Program-made: the position numbers and the translations under genes
Assembly (NCBI GenBank): GCA_963663865.1
Contig: OY760686.1
Span: 2,240,001 to 2,304,000 of the forward strand
DNA from: Spirochaetota bacterium
GTDB taxonomy: Bacteria > Spirochaetota > UBA4802 > UBA5550
Length of the DNA: 64,000 nt
Reading direction: 5' to 3'
Shown: piece after piece, positions 44,470 to 52,685 of the stretch
Layout: each line of letters starts with the position of its first letter
How positions within the stretch are numbered: the stretch's first letter is position 1
Notes under the pieces: model-generated
Told to the model about the DNA's origin: nothing
Database searches by the model: none
What the model saw: the letters and a program-made list of their open reading frames with translations, nothing else

Positions 44470-45354
44470 ATGAGCAGAAAACCAGGAAGATATTATGTAC
44501 ATAGAGTTTCTAAAATTGGTGATGTACCTGTTGAAAAAATATTAGATTCTATTATTAATTCAACATACATTCACTATAATAGCTACAAGTTTGCTTTTAC
44601 GGGTACTATATTAGAAGAAGATTATATTTTTTCATTCTTAACTAAATATTATCCTGAAGATGAAGTAACTATCGTTGACGAGTCAACATCACATATTGAA
44701 CAGAAAAAACAAGAAATTAAAAATTTGGTTAAAGCTGTTTGTCCATTTATTTTTATACCGAAAAAATCAATAATTGCTCATTTACATGTATGGAATGAAA
44801 TTACACCAGAAAATTTTGCCAAAATATTTCCAGTGCTACATGATGTTAAGCATAACACTATGTTCAGTGAAATAGTCATTGAACCTATTGCTGATTTAGA
44901 AGCATTTCTTAATAAACTTACAAAGATGACAGAAATTTCAAAAATAAAATCACGAATATATCCGTCAAATCCTCATTATAGTAAATATTGGAAGCTCCTT
45001 GATGAGTATTTAAAAAAGAGAAATGTCCAAGAAATGAATCTTTCTGAAGAATCAAAACTGGGTGGTTTAAAAACCCCGTTAGTTGAGGCAACGCAAAAAA
45101 TTCTAGATAATGAAGACATCCATGACATAGAAGACCTAAATTTAATTGAAATAAGTGTAATCATGGCTACAGATGGGTATGGCAATTCTGAAATACAAGG
45201 AAAGATCGATGGAGTTGAAGAAGCTATTTTTACAAACAAGAGTAATTTTACCTTTTTATTTGAGAAAGAACCATCTCATGAATTATTATACAAGAAAGTC
45301 GAAAAAATAGTAAAAAGAATTGAAAAGGAAAGGGGACTTCTCAGTGATGAATAA
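44470..45354 (+). CDS. Cassette 1 gene A, DUF4747-like hypothetical protein
   Basis: 294 aa; PSNP and DGYG motifs recalled from DUF4747-like proteins (not verified). Confidence 0.55.
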   Translation: MSRKPGRYYVHRVSKIGDVPVEKILDSIINSTYIHYNSYKFAFTGTILEEDYIFSFLTKYYPEDEVTIVDESTSHIEQKKQEIKNLVKAVCPFIFIPKKSIIAHLHVWNEITPENFAKIFPVLHDVKHNTMFSEIVIEPIADLEAFLNKLTKMTEISKIKSRIYPSNPHYSKYWKLLDEYLKKRNVQEMNLSEESKLGGLKTPLVEATQKILDNEDIHDIEDLNLIEISVIMATDGYGNSEIQGKIDGVEEAIFTNKSNFTFLFEKEPSHELLYKKVEKIVKRIEKERGLLSDE

Positions 45355-45841
45355 TAAATTAATCCTCTTTTTTAGAGAATTTTTTTTATCATTTGATTTT
45401 ATTGTTTTTTTGATTTCGATGCTTGTTGTTATAATTAACAAATTAGACATTGAGTTTTTTGAAATATTTTACAGATTTATACTAACAGACAATAAAATAC
45501 TCTCAATTTCAATAATTGTTGTCTTCCATGTCTCAATATTATTTTATTGCATAAAGGCATACAATATGATTTTATTTCCCGATGATAAATTTAATAAGAT
45601 ATTAATTGAATTTGAGTTTTACGATGAATTAAAAATTACAGCATTGGTTTCTATACTAGAACCAGTGATTGCAATATTGATTATGCTTTATTTGCTGATT
45701 TTTGATCTTCAAACAATTATAACAAATAAAGCTATTTTGATCCTTGGGTTAGTATTTTATTCTTTGGTAGACTCAATTACTACTTTTTTTGCACAAAATA
45801 AAATTAAAGAATCACTTTATAAATTTGATCCATATGAATAA
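45347..45841 (+). CDS. Cassette 1 gene B, 4-TM membrane protein
   Basis: Four hydrophobic segments; ATGAATAA overlap with gene A. Confidence 0.75.
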   Translation: MNNKLILFFREFFLSFDFIVFLISMLVVIINKLDIEFFEIFYRFILTDNKILSISIIVVFHVSILFYCIKAYNMILFPDDKFNKILIEFEFYDELKITALVSILEPVIAILIMLYLLIFDLQTIITNKAILILGLVFYSLVDSITTFFAQNKIKESLYKFDPYE

Positions 45842-45860
45842 CATAACTTTTAAAAACTGC

Positions 45861-46021
45861 GCACAACAAATCGTAACAGCTCCGGTCCTCAAGCAGCAGA
45901 GCTGCTTTCCGGTCCTCGGCCTGACGGCACATTGCATTTTGTCACGGATTTGTGCGTTCGCACAAACCGCGCCAACTGGCTAAAGCCAGACATGCAACGT
46001 CAGTTACGATAAACGTTATAT
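45861..46021 (+). repeat. attC-like site 1 (161 bp)
   Basis: GCACAAC...ATCGTAAC/GTTACGAT...GTTATAT. Confidence 0.88.
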
Positions 46022-46045
46022 GAAAGACGGGCTAAATTTATTAAG

Positions 46046-46669
46046 GTGTACACAATGAATGATGGTATAAAAGCATTCTATGATGCAACTGCGAAATTTA
46101 CAGCAGATGAATGGTATCCTAACGATTTATTATTGCCAACCATTGCTGATTTTATTTCTGTATTAACAAAAAAACCGTTGGTGCTTGATCTTGGATGTGG
46201 TCCTGGACATGAAAGTAAAAGATTATCAAAGGCTGGTGCAATTGTCACAGGAATAGATTTTAGTGAAGAATGTATTGATATAGCGAAGCAGAGAAGCCCA
46301 GAGTGTAATTTTGTAGTAGGGGATATCAGATCTCTGACTAAAGATATTGGAATTTTTGATGGGATATTTGCTTGTGCATCATTGATACATTTTCCTATGG
46401 ACGAATTATCATTCGTTTTTAAAAGCATTAATGCTATTCTTAAATATAATGGTTATTTAAACATAATAATATTAGATGGTGAAGGAGTAAGTAAAAAGTA
46501 TAGTAATTTAGAATTTGAAGGTAAAAAATATAATAGAACCGTATATCTTTATAGTAAAGATTTTATTATAAATGAGGCTGTGCAACAAGGTTTTTCATTT
46601 GTTCGTGAAGGATTTCTTGAAGAAGAATTGAAGGAATATGACTGGAGAAATTATTTATTTAAAAAATAA
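46046..46669 (+). CDS. Cassette 2, class I SAM-dependent methyltransferase
   Basis: VLDLGCGPG and FDGIFACASLIH motifs. Confidence 0.9.
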   Translation: MYTMNDGIKAFYDATAKFTADEWYPNDLLLPTIADFISVLTKKPLVLDLGCGPGHESKRLSKAGAIVTGIDFSEECIDIAKQRSPECNFVVGDIRSLTKDIGIFDGIFACASLIHFPMDELSFVFKSINAILKYNGYLNIIILDGEGVSKKYSNLEFEGKKYNRTVYLYSKDFIINEAVQQGFSFVREGFLEEELKEYDWRNYLFKK

Positions 46670-46692
46670 TTTATTCTATTAGCCCGTCCTTC

Positions 46693-46790
46693 ATATAACA
46701 AAGCTTATGCGCTTCACTCGCTTTCGCTCGTTCGGGCTTCGCCAAATCGCGCAAAAGGCCGCGCAACGTCGTTTAGCCAAGACGTTAGGC
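46693..46790 (+). repeat. attC-like site 2 (98 bp)
   Basis: ATATAAC...GTTAGGC; near-identical to 3249-3346 in the opposite orientation. Confidence 0.9.
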
Positions 46791-46818
46791 GACATGACGC
46801 ACTTTAATTATTGGAGGT

Positions 46819-47748
46819 ATGAACTTGTCACTTTTAAGGGATATTCAAGATGCAGCAATAAATTCTGGAATTGAAATTTCAACTGTTTTGCGCAAGTGTA
46901 AAGTTCTATCTGCCCGACTTGGCAATAGTGAATTTAAAAGATGGGTTGATCAAGAATTGAATGGTTACGAAAGTATCGATGATTTACCAAGTTATCGTAT
47001 TTTAACTGTCCAATCAAAAGGACATTTCTCAGGCCCCTTTGGTAGTGGCATAAAGAATGGTGATATACCCTTAATCTGCTTACCTAAAGAATTAAGAGAA
47101 TCTTTAAGCAAAGCTTATTGTACTCAACCAATTTCAGCCTATGAAGCATTAATAAAATCATCAAAAGGCGATAATTTTCAAGAACAATGGCCACCCGATT
47201 TAGTTGCATTATATGGTGGTGAAATTTATCAGAACATGAGCTGCATGACAGCATGGAAAACAATTCCTTATGGATTAATAGTTGCATTAATTGATACTGT
47301 TAGAAATCGAGTTTTGAATTTTGTAATAGAACTAGAATCTGAATCACCTGATGCAGGTGAATCACCAATCAATAAACCATCAATATCACGGGATAAAATT
47401 GCACATGTTTTCAATACTACCATATATGGAAATGTCGGAAATATTGCAGATGGAAGCTCAAATATAAATCAAACTGCAACATTAAATGTTCACAAAGATG
47501 ATCTTTCAAGTTTAAGGACAGAACTAGGAAAACTTGGGATACCTCAAGCAGAACTTGATGAATTAGAAATATCAATCAAAGCTGATGATAAAAAAGAAGT
47601 AATAAAAAATAAAAATCTTGGTTTACAAGTTACTAATTGGCTTGGTGGATTATTTACTAAATCGGCCAAAGGAGTTATTCCTGTACTTCAGGGACTAACT
47701 GCAAATATGATTACAAAAGCTTTATTTTTATATTATGGAATTGAATGA
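46819..47748 (+). CDS. Cassette 3, AbiTii-like domain protein
   Basis: N-terminal LLRDIQDAAI..ISTVLRKCKVLSARL...WVDQELNGY..LPSYR matches the AbiTii-like pattern. Confidence 0.75.
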   Translation: MNLSLLRDIQDAAINSGIEISTVLRKCKVLSARLGNSEFKRWVDQELNGYESIDDLPSYRILTVQSKGHFSGPFGSGIKNGDIPLICLPKELRESLSKAYCTQPISAYEALIKSSKGDNFQEQWPPDLVALYGGEIYQNMSCMTAWKTIPYGLIVALIDTVRNRVLNFVIELESESPDAGESPINKPSISRDKIAHVFNTTIYGNVGNIADGSSNINQTATLNVHKDDLSSLRTELGKLGIPQAELDELEISIKADDKKEVIKNKNLGLQVTNWLGGLFTKSAKGVIPVLQGLTANMITKALFLYYGIE

Positions 47749-47761
47749 AGTGCGTCACGTC

Positions 47762-47905
47762 GCCTAACACGGCGTCATGCGCTTCGTCGCTGCGCTCCTC
47801 GGCCTCCTCGGCCTCCGCGCCCAAGATATGAAGACGGGCGCTCCGGCACATTTTCACCTCCGCTGCGCTAAGGTGAAAACGTCGTATACGCCGGTGGCGT
47901 TATAT
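47762..47905 (+). repeat. attC-like site 3 (144 bp)
   Basis: GCCTAAC, CGGCGT(C)ATGCG/CGTATACGCCG stem with a bulged C, GTTATAT. Confidence 0.9.
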
Positions 47906-47987
47906 GAAATGCGGCTTAACAGATTTTAAAGATCCGGCCATCCATGGCCGGTTATAAATAAATCAACTCTATATTTAGAGGAAAATT

Positions 47988-48572
47988 ATGTCAAAAAATG
48001 AAATAATTATTAAGCTGTTATCAATGTTATTCGAAAGAAATGAAGCATATCACGATCAAAAAGAAAAAATGATTCATGCTGGAGTTTTAATCGAAATTGG
48101 TTTATTAACTGGAATCACATCCTTAAATAAACTTCCATTTGACTGTATTAGTTTAAATATTATAATATTTATTTTATTATGGCTTATCATTTATTCTTTC
48201 ATTCGATTCCATTCTCTTTATAAAAGAACTGCTGCAGTTTATCGTATAGCATATGAACGAGCTCTATGGTTGTGTTATAATGATTCACCAAAAAATAATA
48301 ATACTAAACTTAACAAGAAAAAAAATGAAAGTAAATTATCAAAGACAAAAATAATTCTATCGTTTCTATTCCCATTCTATAATGATAATTTGTTTTTAGA
48401 TTCAGATGTAACAAAAGCAGAACGTAATAATGCATATTATTCAAATTTCTTTTATGAAATTTTAGATAAATCAAGAAATGAACATGTTGGAGCAACTAAT
48501 TATGAAGTTATAATTTCCATAGGAAGTATAATAATTTTAATTATAGGAATAATAAAAATTGTATTATTTTAA
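47988..48572 (+). CDS. Cassette 4, hypothetical membrane protein
   Basis: GAGG RBS; two N-terminal and one C-terminal TM segments. Confidence 0.7.
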   Translation: MSKNEIIIKLLSMLFERNEAYHDQKEKMIHAGVLIEIGLLTGITSLNKLPFDCISLNIIIFILLWLIIYSFIRFHSLYKRTAAVYRIAYERALWLCYNDSPKNNNTKLNKKKNESKLSKTKIILSFLFPFYNDNLFLDSDVTKAERNNAYYSNFFYEILDKSRNEHVGATNYEVIISIGSIIILIIGIIKIVLF

Positions 48573-48642
48573 AATATTTTTCTTTAATATTAGCTCGTAC
48601 ATCCGTGTACTCGCTAACTATGTGCTACAAGCGCCGCACTTC

Positions 48643-48776
48643 ATATAACACGGCGTCATGCGCTTCGTCGCTGCGCTCCTCGGCCTCCGCGCCCACAATA
48701 TGAAGACGGGCGCTCTGGCACATTTTCACCTTCGCTGCGCTGCGGTGAAAACGTCGCATACGCCGGAACGTTATGC
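48643..48776 (+). repeat. attC-like site 4 (134 bp)
   Basis: ATATAAC...GTTATGC; near-identical to site 3. Confidence 0.9.
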
Positions 48777-48815
48777 GAAAGAGCCCGTTGAACTTTTTTA
48801 TAAAAGGAGACTAAT

Positions 48816-49439
48816 TTGAGTCAATATATAATTGTTGGGAATACAAGGTATTTTTGTGAGAAAACAATTGATTGCTACGAAAATCTTCTCCGCCTTGATA
48901 AACAGTTACATGAAGAAAAAGAACGAAAATCTCGCGATGACGCAATTTATGATGATTTCGAATTAAGTTTTAAGGAGGGACGATTAGCAAAGGATTTATT
49001 AAAAGAAAAGATGTCTATGATCGTTTTTGCTTCGTTTACGATTGAATCATATATTAACGGATACGCAATATACAGTCTAGGAAATAAATATTTTGAAGAT
49101 CATTTAGAAAAAATAAATATTAAAAATAAATGGATTGTATTTCCAAAACTAATTTGTGGTTCAGATTTTCCAAAAGACAAGAAAAGCTGGAATTTACTTG
49201 ATAAATTAATTGATAACAGAAATAAATTAGCACATGATAAACCAAAACGAATTAAGGTTGATGAAATTGATTCATTAAAAAGGAATACTAAAGTAAAACA
49301 TATTTCACCAAGTGAAATTATTGATGCTTTTTATGAACTACAGAAAGATTTAATCTCAATCGATGAAAGCATATCTGAATATTTAATGATTGATGGGTAT
49401 AATAATAAAAGGATTGAAAAATTAAAAAAATCTTCTTAA
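48816..49439 (+). CDS. Cassette 5, HEPN-like protein
   Basis: IESYIN helix and RNKLAH (RxxxxH) motif; AGGAG RBS with TTG start. Confidence 0.6.
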   Translation: MSQYIIVGNTRYFCEKTIDCYENLLRLDKQLHEEKERKSRDDAIYDDFELSFKEGRLAKDLLKEKMSMIVFASFTIESYINGYAIYSLGNKYFEDHLEKINIKNKWIVFPKLICGSDFPKDKKSWNLLDKLIDNRNKLAHDKPKRIKVDEIDSLKRNTKVKHISPSEIIDAFYELQKDLISIDESISEYLMIDGYNNKRIEKLKKSS

Positions 49440-49456
49440 TAATTACGGGCTCCATC

Positions 49457-49575
49457 GGACAACAAAGCTTACACGCTGCGTCGCTATCGGTCCTTGGCAC
49501 TCGCCTTGAGAAGCATGCTCGGCAAATTGGCTTCCCTTACGCTTCGCCGACTTCGTGTAGCCGCGGGCGTTAGGC
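49457..49575 (+). repeat. attC-like site 5 (119 bp)
   Basis: GGACAAC, GCT(T)ACACG/CGTGTAGC stem with a bulged T, GTTAGGC. Confidence 0.85.
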
Positions 49576-49596
49576 GCAATATCAATTGGAGAAGAA

Positions 49597-50097
49597 ATGA
49601 TTCGAGAAGCAATATTATCTGACTCAAATGTAATAGCTGAAATAATTGTAGAGACTTGGCAAAAATCGTTTATTAATATAATTGATCAGAATTACATAGA
49701 GAGCATGGATGTACAACGGTTTGTCAACATAATGAAGGATAATATACAATTGAATAAAGAAATTATATTTGTGTATGAGGAAAATGAAATAATTAAAGGT
49801 TTTATCTCAGGTAAAATCACAGAATATTCTGACCACCAGTGTGAAATAGTTGGTTTTTATATTTTGCCCAAGTATCAACGAATGGGGATTGGCAAAATAT
49901 TATTTCAACAAATTATAGAATATTTTTCTAGGCATAATTATAAAAAAATGATTCTTTGGACTTTGAATAGTGCAAAAAATAATTCATTCTATAAGAATAA
50001 TGGTGGAGAAATTACTGATAAAAAAATATTGGAGATTGGTGGTAAGACGTACGATGGAATAGGATTTTCATTTAATCTTCCCCCTATTTCCAATTGA
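49597..50097 (+). CDS. Cassette 6, GNAT acetyltransferase
   Basis: YILPKYQRMGIGKILF acetyl-CoA motif and FYKNNGG. Confidence 0.9.
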   Translation: MIREAILSDSNVIAEIIVETWQKSFINIIDQNYIESMDVQRFVNIMKDNIQLNKEIIFVYEENEIIKGFISGKITEYSDHQCEIVGFYILPKYQRMGIGKILFQQIIEYFSRHNYKKMILWTLNSAKNNSFYKNNGGEITDKKILEIGGKTYDGIGFSFNLPPISN

Positions 50098-50103
50098 TAC
50101 AGC

Positions 50104-50183
50104 GCCTAACAGAGAATAGGCGTTTCCGCTTCGCTTAACCCAAATTGGCCTGTGGCCAACTTCGTTTAGCCAGGACGTTATAC
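50104..50183 (+). repeat. attC-like site 6 (80 bp)
   Basis: GCCTAAC...TTGGCC hairpin...CGTTTAGCCAGGAC-GTTATAC; 3' part matches site 2. Confidence 0.8.
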
Positions 50184-50234
50184 GAAATCCGGCAAAACTT
50201 AATTGTGGCACTTTTAACAGAAAAAGGGAACTAA

Positions 50235-50843
50235 ATGAAAGCAAGTGTAATTTTAGCACATCCATACTCTCAGAGCTTCAATCATGCAATATATCAGGCA
50301 GTATGCTCAAAACTTGAGAGTCTGAATATTGAAGTATTTAAACATGATCTATATCAGGAACAATTTAGTCCTATACTTACCGTTGAAGAATTAGGATCGG
50401 ATACTTCAACCGATATTCTTGTAAATCAATATGCATCAGAATTAATGGAATCAACCTTTATTTTTTTTATTCATCCAAATTGGTGGGGACAACCTCCTGC
50501 AATTTTAAAAGGCTATATTGACCGCGTAATTCGTCCACCATATTCATATGATTTCCCAACCGGAGATTCCGGAGGTGGTCTTCCTGTCGGAAAATTGAAA
50601 GGGAAATATGGTATTGTTTTAAATACATCTAATACTGAAGAGGAAAGAGAAAATAATTACTTTAACGATCCGTTGGAAAATATATGGAAACAATGTGTTT
50701 TTGGGTTCTGCGGAATAGAAAAATATTATAGAAAAATGCTTCGAATTATAGCTGATAGCACTTTGGAACAAAGAAATAAATGGATTATAGAAATTAAAGA
50801 AGTAGTTGAAAATGTTATCGGTAATTCGCTGGACATCGCATAA
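50235..50843 (+). CDS. Cassette 7, NAD(P)H dehydrogenase (quinone), flavodoxin-like
   Basis: LAHPYSQSFNHAI and HPNWWGQPPAILKGYIDRV motifs; stop codon lies within R''. Confidence 0.88.
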   Translation: MKASVILAHPYSQSFNHAIYQAVCSKLESLNIEVFKHDLYQEQFSPILTVEELGSDTSTDILVNQYASELMESTFIFFIHPNWWGQPPAILKGYIDRVIRPPYSYDFPTGDSGGGLPVGKLKGKYGIVLNTSNTEEERENNYFNDPLENIWKQCVFGFCGIEKYYRKMLRIIADSTLEQRNKWIIEIKEVVENVIGNSLDIA

Positions 50844-50915
50844 CTAGGGATATATTCGACGGCTTCGCCACATTTTTGTGTTGCAAAAACTGATCATATA
50901 CCTGAAACTTTATAG
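50838..50915 (+). repeat. Degenerate attC-like site 7
   Basis: GCATAAC...GGCTTCGCCACATT...AAAC-TTTATAG (GTT core apparently mutated to TTT). Confidence 0.6.
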
Positions 50916-51108
50916 TCAAATGCCCAGCCCCCGTCGGAATGAAATATATTGAAAAACAACTGTCATTCATGCCAGTTGAAACTTAAAGTATTGTTCAGAT
51001 TAAAGAAAGTGACGTTTAAGTGAATATATTAACCTTATTGTGGAATGAATTTTTAATAATTTGTTGATCAACGGCAATGAAAATGCAATTTTATAAAGGA
51101 GGAAAGGT

Positions 51109-51588
51109 ATGTTGAAAATAATCGCTATGGTCGCTTTGCTAATCATGATTTCGGGGCTTTTGATTGCTGGAGATACCGTTGTTAAGGATAACGGCAAGCA
51201 GCCATGGGTGGTCGACATCGAAGATCTGACAGAAAAAAATGAAAATTTCCGTACCTCTCAGTGGACAGGTCGGAACCTTCAGATGACCGTCATGTCGCTT
51301 AAGCCGGGTGAGGAAATAGGATTAGAAAAGCATGACAAGAACGATCAGTTCATCCGTGTTGAAAAAGGGAATGCCCGTGTTGTTATGGGCGTGTCGAAAG
51401 ATAAAATGACTTTCGACAAAAGAGTTTCAGATGACTGGGCTATTTTTATCCCAAGCGGTTTCTGGCACAATATTACCAACGAAGGTGATAAACCGCTCAA
51501 GGTTTACGTTATTTACGCTCCACCAGAGCACCCCGCTGGAACATTGCACAAGACTTTCAAGGAATCGGAAGCTGCTCATGGTCATTGA
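51109..51588 (+). CDS. Cupin-domain protein with signal peptide
   Basis: MSLKPGEEIGLEKH..DQFIRVEKG, WHNITN and YAPPEHP motifs. Confidence 0.88.
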   Translation: MLKIIAMVALLIMISGLLIAGDTVVKDNGKQPWVVDIEDLTEKNENFRTSQWTGRNLQMTVMSLKPGEEIGLEKHDKNDQFIRVEKGNARVVMGVSKDKMTFDKRVSDDWAIFIPSGFWHNITNEGDKPLKVYVIYAPPEHPAGTLHKTFKESEAAHGH

Positions 51589-51681
51589 CCGTGGAGGAGT
51601 GAACAGCCATTGACAAAGGACTGCAAGTGATAAAAAAACGTTGCCCAATAAGGCTTTGTCGAGATTTTTGCGAAGGCAGAA

Positions 51682-51738
51682 TACCAACCAATCGACTACT
51701 CTGACCGCCCAACTCCGTATAGTCGTGAAATGTTGGAA
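51682..51738 (+). repeat. Short attC-like site candidate
   Basis: TACCAAC-caat-CGACTA...TAGTCG-tgaaat-GTTGGAA. Confidence 0.45.
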
Positions 51739-51842
51739 ATAGTCGCCAATGTTTTTTTGGGTAAGAAGAATCCTATACCGTGTCAGATAAAGAAAGAAAT
51801 ACTGCCATTTTTATGCTATAACAAACAATGATGTTGGTATAA

Positions 51843-52187
51843 ATGAAGATTCTCAATAAAGCCCCCTTTCAAAATATAATAGATTTTATTGATGTAACCG
51901 TGGACTCTGAAGATTTGATGAACTGGCTCGTTAAATTAGAATATTTACCCAATAATCTCCGCCATGATCATATTATCCGAATGAGACAACGAATGATAGA
52001 AAATGGAGAAGCGGAAATTTTGATTGATATTCTAAATTTGATTAATAATCGAGATATCTTATCCGCTATTAATCTTGTAGTGAAAGATGTTTATCATTCT
52101 TGTATTCGCAACGATCACACCAGCTTAATGGTCTTTTGTAAAAGATATGGGAAAAATGATCCGTTTTTAAATAATAGAGTAATTTAA
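51843..52187 (+). CDS. Hypothetical protein (possibly decayed cassette)
   Basis: ORF between attC-like remnants. Confidence 0.5.
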   Translation: MKILNKAPFQNIIDFIDVTVDSEDLMNWLVKLEYLPNNLRHDHIIRMRQRMIENGEAEILIDILNLINNRDILSAINLVVKDVYHSCIRNDHTSLMVFCKRYGKNDPFLNNRVI

Positions 52188-52225
52188 TGGTCATAGTGAA
52201 ATAATATAATAAGATCAATATCTTC

Positions 52226-52323
52226 GCACAACAAAGGTTGGCTGCTCCATCCTGGCGTTGTCGCAAAGCCGCATTGCGTCTTCGGCCTGAGTTTGCCACT
52301 CTTTTTTGAACACACAGTTAAGC
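52226..52323 (+). repeat. Degenerate attC-like site
   Basis: GCACAAC...TTCGGCCTGA...GTTAAGC with weak inner pairing. Confidence 0.45.
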
Positions 52324-52350
52324 AATAATTATTGGAAGAGTTAATAAGTT

Positions 52351-52542
52351 ATGGACGGTAGAAATCGCAGCAACATAAACCAGGGCAAAAAAGTATCCAT
52401 AGTCTTGAAAAAGGATCAGCGGAACGGGAAATTAACCGAAGGTACTGTAAAAGACATTTTAACAAACGCAGCAACACATCCACATGGCATAAAGGTGAGA
52501 CTCGAATCGGGAGATGTTGGAAGAGTAAAGATTATCCATTAA
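52351..52542 (+). CDS. YwbE-family small protein
   Basis: IVLKKDQRNGKLTEGTVKDILT..HPHGIKVRL..GDVGRV. Confidence 0.88.
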   Translation: MDGRNRSNINQGKKVSIVLKKDQRNGKLTEGTVKDILTNAATHPHGIKVRLESGDVGRVKIIH

Positions 52543-52685
52543 TAAATTTTCACATGTTAATGAAAGTTACAGATAAATTGGTATTACTGCTATTAAAAAT
52601 ATTTTGCAGTTGCTATAAATGCTTTTTTCAGGGGAAATACACCTTTTCGAACCATCCGCCCTGATGACGTTTGTCGCATTCTTTC

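Noticed and set aside
45861-50183. Repeats read as a CRISPR array
   Set aside because: The units vary in length and are separated by whole genes; no cas genes are present.
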